This document shows positions 23,906 to 36,985 of a stretch of DNA of 64,000 bases, in pieces; position 1 is the first letter of the stretch; each line of letters opens with the position of its first letter. Under the pieces are notes generated by a model, which was not told the origin of the DNA, did no database searches, and saw only the letters and a list, made by a program, of their open reading frames with translations. This stretch comes from Dimorphilus gyrociliatus (lineage: Eukaryota > Animalia > Annelida): NCBI GenBank assembly GCA_904063045.1, contig CAJFCJ010000017.1:372001-436000 (forward strand). Reading direction: 5' to 3'. The translations under genes and the position numbers were made by a program.

Positions 23906-25642
23906 ATGCGTTTTACAAGGATACTGCACCGGTCAAACCTATACTATTTACGTAAAAGAACATGGAAAAAACAGGCGAAAATTGAAATTCCTCCACTTGT
24001 TATACCTCCTGCATGGAAGAATAAAAGTAATCCATCTAAAATGAGAAAGTAATAAATATAACAAAATTTTGAAATAATAATTTAGATGTAGAAGATCCAA
24101 ATGAATGGTTCGTAAAAAAGGAACCAGAGTGGATACCCTCTGTAAAAGATGATCCTAGATTTTCCTCGCCTCCTTTAGATCCCGATTATCACGAGAACGA
24201 AATAATGTATGAATTTAATAATAGCACAAAAATCCTTGAAGGCTAGTTTAAAGTTTTGTTTTTTTTTTCCATTAAATATCATCATTAATAAAAATTGTAC
24301 TGATTAGGAGAGGCACAAGCTTTAATTCTTACAAAATCACAAAGGAACGAGGGTATGCCGGAACCTGTAACAAGAGCAAAAGGATTAATAACTATTCCCG
24401 ATCAGGTATTATCTCTCAGCCTTTATTACCTTAAGTAACAAGAAAACTTGATAATTCTCTAGGACAAGCTAATGCAAAGATATATTATGCAATCCCATTG
24501 GTGGGATCCGACTAAAGAAAAGTTGGCTAAAAGAAAGACGGATCTCGTTTTATGGAGATATAAAGCTGAATTTGGAATTCCCCCTGAAAAGATGACGTCA
24601 GTAATTTATTTTATTGAATTAACTAATTTTCATTTGATGTATTAAATATTAATCTAAATTATTAATAAATAGGTCTATATTTTTACGTAATTTGGTAAGA
24701 CTATTAAATCTAAGTGGAAGTGAACATAAACAATTTATTGACGAACGAAGAACTACCTATCAACACCATGTTTCAGCTCAGTATCCATTTCAAGGTATAT
24801 TTATTTACGATTATGGAGCGATTGGCAATTTTCACAGTTTACATTTTCCCCATATTAGATAATACTATTTGGACTAGGTTTGTGTCCGAAGTTGCTGTTA
24901 GCGGAGAGGATCCTTTACCGAGATTTACGTCATCGGAAAATGTACACAAGACTATTGATGATAAATTACCAGATATTTATCCTATATCACCAATGGTTGA
25001 CTTAAAACGTCAACATATTTGGAGAATTGAGAACAATACGGGATGGATATCAAACTTTAATTATCAAGCTCCTCATATTATTTTTATTAACAATAATAAT
25101 AAAGGAATATATGAGCATACTGACTCGTGGAAAATTGGTCAGAACAATGCAAGAGCTTTGATGACTTGTATGGCTCACGCAACAGCTTTCGCCAAGTTTC
25201 AATACGGAGTAGGTTCTTACTTTAATTAATGTAAATTATTATGTAATTGTGAGTATTTACTTAGACGGACGTAAAGATTTTACCCCAGCCGATATGCGTT
25301 CAAGCCGTACATTCGGATAGCGTCAATCTAAATTTCGTCTTCTTTCAGGTATTTATTCTGTAATTAAATTAATTAGATCTAAATATAATTGTAATTAATG
25401 GAAAAAACCATTTCTTTCAGTTAAATACTTTAGATTTAACATCAGTCGAAACGGGAATAAAAAATCAAGTCTGGTTTGATTCCAATAATGCATTAATCGA
25501 AAGGCACGAACCGAAAAGATCCATGCTTCGGAATACAAGACTGCTTAACTACGATCCAGAAGTTCTTAGAAAAATGTTGGCTGTCTATGCATATGGAATG
25601 TTAGATGGAAGTGAAAAGTCAAGAATTGCCTCAAAAAACTAA
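23906..25642 (+). CDS. MRPL37: Mitochondrial large ribosomal subunit protein mL37
   Basis: LEGEAQALILTKS..EGMP; DPLPRFTS; IYPISPMVDL; QLNTLDL...GIKNQVWFDS; KMLAVYAYG. The second intron needs a GC donor at 24242. Confidence 0.9.
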
Positions 25643-26283
25643 AAGACCTATTGTATTGTTTGTTTGAATTATATAGAAGAGAGAGAGAGAGAGAGAGAGA
25701 GAATAGAAGTAATGGTACATTTTTTTTGTATTAAGTTTGAAATATATACATACAACAAGAATGGATTTTATTGAAGAGTTTTGTTGTGTAACTATTTATG
25801 TTTGAACTGGAAATTAGTCTAAACAAAGCGGGCAATTCGTCGCATTCGATTGCTGACACCTCTCGAGAACCGTTGAAATAATTCCTATCTTGGGTGCCAA
25901 TCTGTTTCTTTTCAATTGCGTCATTTTACTGTTACATAATATCGGATCCCGCACCGCCTTTTATCTCATACTCGGATGCCGCCCGATTACTTCGATTGTA
26001 CTTTTATTCATATTACATAAAAATGTAGCAGGAGCTTGGGCGGAGATTGATTAAACTAATTAAAGGCGTTGTTTTGTTTATCATCCGTGGAGCGATTATT
26101 CCCGTTGTTCCACGTCTCTTGTGTTTTCGCGGTCGGCTATTGTTAACGTTGAAGGCGATAATTGAAAATCCCCCCAAGTTTTTTAGATCCGCCCCCTTAA
26201 TTACGCTGTGAGTTTTTGTTCTTGAGATTTTACTCAATTGGCATCTCGAGACTCCCCTTCATTCCTTACCACATTCTCGTAAG

Positions 26284-27153
26284 ATGAACTTGCAACAATT
26301 AAATTCATCTTTGACGAAAACGCAAATAGAGGAACATACCTTTTTAGACAAAAAAAGAAAGAGAACTGTTATCAGAACAGATCCTACAAAGACTGTAGAA
26401 TGCTCATTTTGCGGTAAAAAAGTTGGAAAACATTATCACAGGTATAATAAAATAGATGATAATAATGCCTACTGCAATATTTTTAACTAATAGACTTTTT
26501 TCATTAATCCTTTTTTCAGGACACATTTACGAATTCATTCGGCCAACAGTCATTACTACTGTGATTTTTGCGGATATAAGACTACTGACGATACTAATAG
26601 AAATAAGCACGAACGAGCACACGTGACTGGAAAACCTTTCCAGTAAGTTTCTGTGTTTCTTAAGATGAAATAAGAATAAAGAAAAATATCTCTTTCCATT
26701 AAAATCAAATTAACATAATTTATCGAACACAGATGCAAAAATTGCTATCAACAATTTATCACTCCACGATCGATTCGTCATCACTTGCTCAGGGTACATC
26801 ACATTCCGACAAGCCTATTACCATCTGTCGATGCTCTTCTCCGTGAAGTATTGGAAGAGAATGATAACGCAATCAAAACTTTGACAGGAGGTCTTCCGCT
26901 ACTCTTCAAATACGATCCCTATAAAATGTCTGTTTTCAACGGAAATAGCTGTTCTGCAACACCTCCACCTCCTCCACCTGTTCCCCCGGCAAATGTTACA
27001 GTAGATTACAATGCCAACTTCCTCTTTGATACATCGTCTAATATGGAATCATCGCCATCGTGCTACTACAATCAGTCTTTCGATACCATTTACCAAAACT
27101 CCCTTCCTCCATTCTCTTTCGATCATGAATTTTCCGTTCATTCTTTGTCTTAG
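26284..27153 (+). CDS. C2H2 zinc-finger protein (3 fingers, Pro-rich tail)
   Basis: Exons 26284-26441, 26520-26642, 26733-27153: CSFCGKK...THLRIH; CDFCGYKT...KHERAH-TGKPFQ-CKNCYQQF...HHLLRVH; PPPPPPVPP. Confidence 0.85.
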
Positions 27154-27604
27154 ACGGTCAATGTCCATTTTCTGATTTTAAATGCTTAATCACGTCAGAC
27201 AAATTAATTCTGGTATAATGAAACGAATAACGATCAAAGTGTTCTTCTTTTGATGTTGGTTATTAATTCTTATAGACAACACCTGAGCTAGTATTAATCT
27301 AACTGAACCTGTTTTCTTCTATGTATTTTTCATGTATATTTTTATCATTTTGACTCAAATTTTCTTTAAATTTCAAATAAAAAAAACTTTTTCTACACAA
27401 ATCACAATGCTAGTAACGCTAATTGCTGGTAAAAATACGTGGAAATACGTAAAGGCCTACCTGACCCAGATTTATCTCCCTAATGAATAGTACGTGGGAT
27501 TAATTAAGTATGTATTGGTCTGGAGTGAGTCCGATAGACGGCGTACTCCTTATAAAAGTCGATTAAAACGTAATTCAACCATTTACAAAAATTCGTAAGA
27601 CGAT

Positions 27605-28441
27605 ATGGGTTGTCAGGCCTCTCAGCCGATTTATCCAATGGGAGTTGATCCTCGTCTTATGACTTATGGTTCGAATAATTCAAAAACAGTAGACAGCAAG
27701 TCGTTTAAGATACCTCTAACCGAAAGAGAAGTGTTTAATATCACTAAATCATGGAAAGCAATCAGTAAGAATATGACAAACACTGGTGTTAATATGTTTC
27801 TTAAGTAAGTCTATTGTATGCTATTAAAGAGAAACAATTCGCATAGTCTGAATGAATTATCAACTTTAAATTCCTACTTTTATCTTCCTTTCTTATCTTT
27901 CCTAGAATGTTTGAAACTAATGAAGATATGAAAATTATGTTTGAGCAATTTCGAACTGTTGACAATGTTGCTGATCTATGGACATCGAGAGCGTTAGAAA
28001 ATCATGCTGTGCTTGTGATGAATGCTTTGGATGATGCTATAACTAATATGGATGATGAACAGTACGTTGTTGAAATGCTCTTAACGACTGGAAAGTCTCA
28101 CAGACGATTTGAAAATTTTAACGCCAATATTTTTTGGGTAAGCATGAAAGTTATTTGTGTAAATGTTAATAATTTATTTATCTGTGAAATGTTTTTCAAC
28201 CTTCCTTCTCTCTCTCTCTCTCTGCTTTCATTATCAACTTAAATAGAATATAGAGGAGCCTTTCTTGATCAGCATTAAAGAAACACTCGGAAATCGGATG
28301 AATTCAAATTTGGAACAAGTTTATGCCAAGGCCATTCGTTTTGTGCTAATTATACTTGTGACAGGATTTGAGCAGAAAGAAGTAAAGAGTGTTAGCGGAA
28401 TGAGCACTCCCAGTAATATGAGCTCTGCTTTTTCTCGTTGA
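27605..28441 (+). CDS. Globin with N-terminal acylation motif (globin X / membrane-associated neuroglobin-like), 208 aa
   Basis: Exons 27605-27804, 27906-28137, 28247-28441, with introns at the canonical B12.2 and G7.0 positions. SWK (A helix), CD1 Phe, distal His (LENHAVLVMNAL), proximal His (GKSH); N-terminus MGCQAS. Confidence 0.92.
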
Positions 28442-29173
28442 AAATTAACAACAAATTATTGAACTAAGAAACAAATTTACAAAAACAACAAGTCACATAT
28501 GTCTATTACACAAATTTATGTTCCTACGATAGTCTTCATTTGACACGACAGCGGAAGGAGAGGAAGAAAATTATAATCTAGGAAGGCCTATAATTTTTTT
28601 AAGTTGCTTTCGAATCTTATGTACCTCTTGTATTTTTTCTATATAGCTTCCAGAACGTGCACTTGCATAAAAAGAATATATACATAAGCACATTTCACTC
28701 ACTCTCTTTCTCTCTCTCTGTTGGTGCAACACCATTAGGTATATAGAGTAACAAGAGGGAAGTTTCTGATAGGTCAATCTTTTGGAGGGGTTGGGTTGGA
28801 ATAGTGGAAGACCAAAGATTAGAGGAAGGGTTTTACCTGTTTATTTCCGTTTTTGATGTTTGTATTTAAAAGAGGACAATAAAAGAGATTAATCATTCTT
28901 ATTGCTGTTAAGATATTAAATGCTTTGTTCTATTCGAATGAAACGTATTTCTGTAGATGTATTCTCTTTTAAATGAATATTATTTAATTTATTAGAATTA
29001 GATTGTTATGAAAAAGACTGTACGTGTGTTTTCTTCTCATCTTCTCGTTCCTATCTAACCCTTCACACATCCTCGCCTTCACCCTTTCACCCCCCCCCTC
29101 CCCCCGACTCTCATAAAAATTTATCTAGGTTCACCCTCTGTCTTATCTCTATCTTCACAACGGATAGAAAGTG

Positions 29174-30979
29174 ATGTATTGTAGGAAAAAGAGAATACCT
29201 TTGATTCTTACAGCTTTATTAATATTTACAATAGTCTACTTTCGGAATAGTTATTTAACTAATAAGAAGGAAAATCACGAATGGTTAATACGAACAGAAA
29301 ACTGCGAAATACCGTTTGTTGACCCTTGGGATAAAGAGTTGACGAAGCGCCATCTAGTAAATAGAACCAGGTATTTGCGATGCCCTGACAAGCCTCCTCA
29401 TGCTCCTTTAACTTATGTTGATGGGAGTTTTGTGAGAATAAATAGGACAATTATGCGTCATGTTTATAGAGTAGAAGGCTGTGAATGTGTATATCAAGCC
29501 ATCTATAGACAAGAGAAAAGCGATAATGCTTATTATTTCGGAGAAAAAGTTAATATTTTTCAAGATGATGTCCAATTAACTCCAGAATACGAATATATAC
29601 GAGTATCCTGTCAATCGTTACCCGAAAGGGACCAATTGTATTTCAATTTCCATGCTCTAATTCATGTAAATAACACTCTGGAACAAATGTTAGATAGCAA
29701 ATATAGAGATTATACAGGAGAATCTGTTAACATCATAATGATTGGTATCGATTCTGTATCTCGTTCAAACATGATACGTCAAATGCCCTTAACGAGAAAA
29801 GTATTGAAATCAGAAATAGGAGCGGTCGAACTACTAGGTTATAATAAAGTTGGAGAGAATACCCTGGTTAATCTTGTTCCAATGCTACATGGTAAATTTG
29901 TTGAAGAACTTGGAGATGTACAATTCGACAATGTTCCCTTCATCTGGAGGATGTTTAACGATTTCGGTTATAGAACATCATTTGCCGAGGATCATCCTAA
30001 AATTTCCATTTTCAATTTTAGGCGTGAAGGATTTGATGATCCTCCAGCCAATTATTATTTAAGACCTTTAGCACTCGCAATGGAAGATCAAGAGTCAATT
30101 TGGACTAAACGACATTGTGTTGGCTCTCTGTTAGAAACTGAACGCGTTTTAGATTATCAATACCGCTTTTTAAGAACTTTCCGCCAAAAGCCATTCTTCT
30201 CTTTCTCTTTCATAACTAGAATGACGCATGATGATGTAAATTTGGCTGGTAATGTCGATAAATCTTACGCGACATTTTTGAGTAAATTAAAGAGAGAAGG
30301 CTTTTTGGAAAATGCTGTTCTCTTCTTCTTTAGTGATCATGGAATTAGATTTGGTGAAATACGACGAACAACCGTTGGAAGAATGGAAGAAAGAATGCCG
30401 TTTATGTTTATTTCTCATATGAATAAATTACTGAGGAGACGACTAGAAATTAATGCTTTACGCCTTTCAACTCCATTTGACATTTATGAAACATTAAAAG
30501 AAACTTTTAATGACTCTTGGAAAAGTGGTAGAGGTCATAGCCTCTTTCATACGATTATTCCGGAAAATAGAACATGTGTGTCAGCATTAGTCAGCGCTCA
30601 ATTTTGTTTATGTGGTTATCGTTTACCGCTAAATGAATTAGACGCAAAAGTGTACGAGGCGTCAAATGCAATCTTAAAGACTGTTAATACATTTATTGAA
30701 TTAAACACGGACGGAAGATGTGCACTGTTTAAACTCGATCGAATTTTATACGCAGGAAGTGACGACGATCACCACCTTTACGTTGCGATAGACGCGAGGC
30801 CAAGAGACGCCGAAACTGTAAAGCCAAACGCAAAAGCCTCATTTGAAGCTTCCTACAATAAACTTACGAAAAGAATTGTCGGTAAAGTTGAAAGAATTAA
30901 TTCATATGTTTTACATACGCTGTGCGTAAATGACATTACAGTTAAAGATTATTGTCTTTGCTGGGATTCTGTGTTTTAA
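29174..30979 (+). CDS. DUF229 family type II membrane protein (alkaline phosphatase/sulfatase-like fold), intronless
   Basis: N-terminal TM; CEIPFVDPW; VNIIMIGIDSVSRSNMIRQMP; GYNKVGENTLVN; GYRTSFAED; FFSDHGIRFG; EERMPF; TPFDIYETL; RTC..ALVSAQFCLC. The ORF track starts at GTG 29171; the first ATG is 29174. Confidence 0.92.
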   Translation: MYCRKKRIPLILTALLIFTIVYFRNSYLTNKKENHEWLIRTENCEIPFVDPWDKELTKRHLVNRTRYLRCPDKPPHAPLTYVDGSFVRINRTIMRHVYRVEGCECVYQAIYRQEKSDNAYYFGEKVNIFQDDVQLTPEYEYIRVSCQSLPERDQLYFNFHALIHVNNTLEQMLDSKYRDYTGESVNIIMIGIDSVSRSNMIRQMPLTRKVLKSEIGAVELLGYNKVGENTLVNLVPMLHGKFVEELGDVQFDNVPFIWRMFNDFGYRTSFAEDHPKISIFNFRREGFDDPPANYYLRPLALAMEDQESIWTKRHCVGSLLETERVLDYQYRFLRTFRQKPFFSFSFITRMTHDDVNLAGNVDKSYATFLSKLKREGFLENAVLFFFSDHGIRFGEIRRTTVGRMEERMPFMFISHMNKLLRRRLEINALRLSTPFDIYETLKETFNDSWKSGRGHSLFHTIIPENRTCVSALVSAQFCLCGYRLPLNELDAKVYEASNAILKTVNTFIELNTDGRCALFKLDRILYAGSDDDHHLYVAIDARPRDAETVKPNAKASFEASYNKLTKRIVGKVERINSYVLHTLCVNDITVKDYCLCWDSVF

Positions 30980-31766
30980 TATTAATTGATAATCAACGTT
31001 TCTGTGCATTTCGAACTAATAAAATCATATTAATCTAAAGACAAATAATACAATATAACAAAAAGAAAAGATGAGAGAAGAAAAAGAATGAAAGGGAACG
31101 AAGATAGAAAGAAAGAAGGAGAGTGTGAAAAAAATGAAAATAATGTAAATATCAACGTTACTTTCATATTATAGAAAATAACGTTCTAACGAGTTTAGAA
31201 GTGAAAATTGAGGGAATGGATGAAAGAGTTAATTCCATATTTTTTTTTCTAATAAAGAGAATGAGGACATTGAAGAGAGTAGTTTCGAGATAAAACGCGG
31301 CTTTCAAAAACTCCAAAGGAAAAATCGAATGTAATATAAAAGTTTTTACAGTGGGGAAAAATTCAGCCTGAAGTTATACTGGAAATGAAAAAAGAAGGAG
31401 AGAAAAATGATGACGTACTTGTCGAACGCTGACGGGTAATAGGTTATTTAGTACATCTTTACGCATTCATTTGTGTACCGATTTACTTTCGCTTCATTGC
31501 AGTTACTTCTCAAAGGCTAAACACCTTCATTGCTAATTATTCCGTGCTGCAATTACTCTTTTCCCTTTACGCCCAGGAAAGTATATATTGGAGAAAAGGG
31601 ATATTATCACCTTAGACGCCACTACCACCACCACCACCACTAACGCCCCCAACGTCGCCTTGGTATTCGCTTTGCTCCAACACTTTTTGTATAACGTATA
31701 AAAGAGTGAAACAGGTACGAGATTGACGTCATTCGACGCCGGCCTCTCATCCACCGAAGATGTACG

Positions 31767-34170
31767 ATGATCGGTGGAACTTCGAAAAGAATCATGGGTA
31801 TCGGTATAGTTATTACAGGAGGAATAATATTAGCCATCTCCTTAATAATGGGTATAGAATTTCCAAAGTTCGCTTATAGAAAAAATGTTGAATTTCTCTG
31901 TATATACAATGATAAACATGAATACTATAATCAATGGGTAAGTTATTAATATTTAACGTTATTTAAAAGTATAAGTTCTGACTTTATTCTATACAGTATA
32001 TATATATATATATATATAATATATCATTAAAAAGCAAAGAGAATACAGTATATACCTATTTTTATCTATCTTTTTCAAGTAATATATATGAAAAAAATAT
32101 CTTAGGCCTACTTCCGCGAAACCTAAAATTATTTCCTGCCATCTTTTTTAAAACAAATAGTACTATCGCGTGTGAGACTATATGCCTATTATAAATAGAC
32201 GTATTAGTGCATATATACCATATATGCATATACAGTATATATAGATACACAGTATATTTAATCTATATGTAATAGTCTCTCCTTCAATTTAGTCAATTTA
32301 CTTTTATGTCTAGCTACCTCTATCTGTTTTTTCTTCAGCTGGAGGACGATGAGTTCAAAAGGCATAATCTAGTCTATTTTTGGAATATTACTAATCCAGA
32401 ACAAGTAATTAATGGTTTAGAACCAAATTTACAGGATATCGGACCATATTTTTATAGACAATTTTCTTTTAAATTGAACGTTCAGTTCGTTGGCGATGCT
32501 ATTGAATACAGGAATTGGAAAAGGCAGGAATTTGATGGTAATCAAACGCTGAGATCTTGCTCGAAATGTTCCTACAAAGATAGAGTAAGCTATGTAATTG
32601 ATCGTTTGTACGTAGATAGAGTATTTTGCACCTTTTATAGTTCTCTCGATAACGAAAATTCGATTTTTTCGTCTTTTAGTAATACCAATAACTTTTACAG
32701 ATCACCCTTATCAATAAGGAATACTTGAAAGGCGTTATGTTAGAAGGAGATGAAGATAGCTATATTCTGTCTTTTCTCCCGCCTACCTTACAATCCGTTT
32801 TCGAACAATTAAACCAGGATATGTCCTACGAAGAAATTTATAGGGAATGGGGTAACTTCCGGAGCGTTAAGTTCGTTCGCTATTCTAGTAAACTGTTTTA
32901 TCCTGCAACGTTTTCGCATTTAAATTTTGCTTCCTGGTTACAATCTTCCACCTATTCGTCCAATAGAACTTTTAAGGCGGACGAAATGCAAGCCCTAATC
33001 AACGTCTTAACTTCTTCCGTATTATTTAATGATTTCAATCAATTTTTGAGATTGGTTCGGCAAACCGATCAAAACAATTCCACAGTTATGGAGAGCTTGA
33101 CCGAGTTTGTTAATAGTAAAAGATGGTTTTGCCAGCCAACATGCTGGGATTTAACATCCGATTTGTTGGTACCTTTAGCCGATTACATAATACACTTGAT
33201 ACAATTTATAAAACATAGAGCTTTAAATTTGACAAACCAAGGTAAAGTTATTACACTTACTCAATCCGAATGGGTTATTGGAAGAACAATTCATTGGAAA
33301 TTTGGTGGTGTTCAGTTAGTTAATCTACCACAACGGAGGTTAAAGGGTATATTGATGCATGACGAAACTGCGGCCGAAGCGATCGTTAATGCCGAATCAG
33401 TGCGCTTATACTCCTGCTATTCGCGTCAGACAGGATCAAAAGCTCATATGTGGAGATCATTCAATGGCCAAACACAATCAAATTCTTCCCAATTCCCTCG
33501 TGCGACAAATGATCAGCGAGTCATTGCTGCTTATATGGATAGTGTTGAGCCGGTGGAATTGACTACTTGTCAAGGAAGCTCTCCTCGAATGCAGTTTTAT
33601 AATTTCTTCTTTCCGGTCTACTGGCGTCGTCTACCCTTTGTCTGGAGTGGGAAAACGAAAGATGTACGACGGGTGGAAGCTCACGTTTTAACTTTAAATG
33701 AATCAGCCTTAAAAAAGGCAAAAAACCCTTTTATGAACGAAGATTGTCTGCAGGATATGACGGGTACTTTGAAGTTTAATAGTTGGCTTAGTTTACCTCA
33801 CTTTCGTCTTTGTAGCGAATCATTGCAAACATCTTTCAACGCTTCGCCATTTAAATACGATTTACCATGGATAGTTATTGAACCAACTTCTGGAGTCGTG
33901 TATTCATATTCAATTAGCCATCAATTAGTTATACAGCACAAAAACTCTCGCCTACCTATGTATTGGATAGACGAAAGAGCCGAAGTATCCGAATGGGTAG
34001 CAAAAAATTTTAGAGATAATACAAGAAAAATTTTACAAGCTTCATGCGCAGGTTTAATCTCATTATCTCTTTTAGCAGCCGCTACTATTGTTTGCGGTAT
34101 CCTAGTCGGTACAATAACTTTTAAGAATGGTAAAGTACTCCCAATACCTCCCAATACGCCTACATTTTAA
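31767..34170 (+). CDS. Divergent CD36/SCARB-family scavenger receptor-like protein, about 628 aa, two TMs
   Basis: Exons 31767-31937, 32339-32584, 32701-34170. N-terminal TM; YFWNITNPEQVINGLEPNLQDIGPYFYR (CD36 signature); LSLPHF; IEPTSG; WIDERA; C-terminal TM. Confidence 0.8.
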
Positions 34171-36947
34171 GGTTTTCTCCATAAAACAACGGAAATAAAA
34201 CCAAAAATTACAATAAATTACAATAAAGAATATTGACTTTCTTTTTATCTTGGAAAAAAGAGAGAAAGAGGAAAGAACCAGAGAAATTTATTCATTTGTG
34301 CTATGTAATTTATCTTTTTTGTTTTCAAATATCATATCAGTTTGTACTAATTATTAATATCTTTTAACATTTAATATCTTATAATTTCCTAACATCAGCT
34401 ATGAACGACTATTATTCATAAATGTAGAAAAAATATGATATGTTTATACATTCATTCTCTCTATGAAATATAAAGTAATGAAACGGCTAATAAACGTTAT
34501 TTATACTAATATATAGCTTATTCGATTCTCCTCGTTTCCTTGCATTGTGCTGCCATCTATCGACAACTGCAATAATTGACAGTCCCTTTCTAGCACCTAA
34601 AAGGATTGAGTATATACAGATAAATACATAGGCAAGAATATTATTAAATTCATTTAGTTAATTACTGTTTGATATAGCATGACATTTAAACAAGATTGAT
34701 AAAAAAGCTCATTATATTTTGGTTTAAGAGAGAAGGAAGATAAAGCGATTTTAAATGTATAGACTGACATCTGTTGGGTTTGTGATAAATGTCACGCAAC
34801 TCTTACAAAGAAATAGATAATGTTCCGTTATAGCAGAAATTAGGAGAAAGAGAAAGAGAGAAAGAAAGAGCAGCAGCAGCAGTAAGACAGAAACAAAGAA
34901 ACAGCGAAGGACAAACACACACACGCATAAGAATAGATTGCTAATTAAAGGAAAGAGCAAATTATAAAATATGTATTTCTACCAGTTTTATCTATATGTT
35001 CTTTTTACTGTGTAGTTGTAATTGAAAAATGATATGATGTGTAGAATGTTATTTATATCGTCTTAATTAATAGATACATAATGGACATATATATATATAC
35101 TGTATATATATAGTTTTGTATTGTATAGATAGATTATCTATATATATTATATACGTATGTAGATGTTTGTTTGTATATTTATATATATATATACGCATGT
35201 AATAATACGAATATTCATGTTCTTGTCAAGTTTATCGAGCACGTATTGAATATTTTTTATGACAGCAGTAAGGCTCCCTCTCTCTTACTCTTTGTCTATC
35301 CGTATCTCTCTCTCTCTCTCTCTCTCTATACCTGCTAATAAGTTACATATGATAACATATAATTCTAATAATAGTAATTTCAAACAAACATCAATAACTA
35401 TCAAGTATATTCAGGGAAATAAAACATCAATCGTTCAAATGAAAATGACGACTAATCTATTAATTTCTATGAGCACTTTATCCTTCCCTCTTTAGAATAA
35501 TAAGCTTAAATGTTAATATTTCAATATTTTTGAACATTTGTTATAGATATTCTATAAAAAAAATATCTATGTGTTTTGAAAATATGTAAATTATATTTTT
35601 TTAGTTATTGACGTAAAAGGAGAGTTAAAAATAAAATATCTCTATATAATAAAAATGAAAAGAGTATACAATTTACACTTTTTTTTTACAAACATAAAAA
35701 CAAATTAGTACAGGAATCATGATTCTTCTAAATACGTGCAGATATTGGTATATTCCATGTACGAGATTGAAAACAAAAACCTGTGGTTTATCAATCTATC
35801 AATCTAGAACGAAATGATTGATAAATGACCTGGATGTATAGGATTTTTATTGTTTAGTAATATCTTGTTTAATTTTTAGGGTAATTCCAAGTTTTAAAAG
35901 CTTTAAATCATTCAATGGTAATCAAAATGTCACAATTGGATTAACGAAATTGCATAATAGGGTACTATATTAAGATTGATTGATTGCGATATAGTGAAGA
36001 ATAAGAAGAATAGAATAATAGGAAAGTGTGTTTGAGGAAAAGTGCTTAGGGGAGGCGAATGGTTAACGTTGCAACAAAGAAAATGTAGGGGTAAAAGAAT
36101 CTTGCAGTATATCGAACAGTTGATCGTTTTCCTAAGAAGATTCTCAGACTTATCAGGCTCCCTTAATGCCCTTTAGCAATAATCAAAGGTAGAATTTCTA
36201 ACGCTTAACAAACAAGAGTGGTTTACAAATTAACCACTTCAGCATTTCCTATCCTAATAATGTTTGCACCGCAACAACGTAGTGTAAATAAGACATATAA
36301 AATAGCAAAAAATCACAGTTGATTTAATTGCAGTGCTCTCCTTGTGGAGATATCCTATTATTACTCTAAATTCGATATAACCTATTTACAGATTATGCTT
36401 TTGCCAAGGTGATGCTACTAAGTTGATTTACTTTTGTGAATTTTATAGGTAATCAATAAATAAAGTCGACTTTCTTCCCTAGGATAGAGATAAGGTAGCT
36501 CTCTCAACTACAATTGCAATGATTTTTATCTATCTCAATAGGATTATGAGAGGTTTATTAGGCGTAGTAAAAATATTTGCTTTCTACGTAATTGGGTTAT
36601 ATATTTCTTCCATTTCAGTCTATATTAGTGATGAGAATGTCATATATAGAGAAATTACCATAACCAATTAGACTACATTTTTTATTATTATAACGATTAT
36701 AACGATTATTCATCTAATGAATATTTGTGTTTTTTAATACTTCAAGGCATATGTCGATTTGGCCCAAGAGTTTTATTCCTTTCCCACATCAGCTTGTGCA
36801 ATTTACTCAAACATACAAAAGCTTCTTACATGGCCTTGTTACCAGCTTTGTCTTATTTCACTATTTACAAACTCGAACTGAAAGAGAGGGATATATACAT
36901 ACACAAACATGCAGACATTTGGTATATGCAGCATAGCTTCTGTGTTT

Positions 36948-36985
<38 letters not shown>

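Noticed and set aside
26013-26237. Minus-strand 74-aa ORF upstream of the C2H2 gene
   Set aside because: Non-ATG start, no motifs, and it overlaps GC-box-rich promoter/5' UTR sequence of the plus-strand gene.
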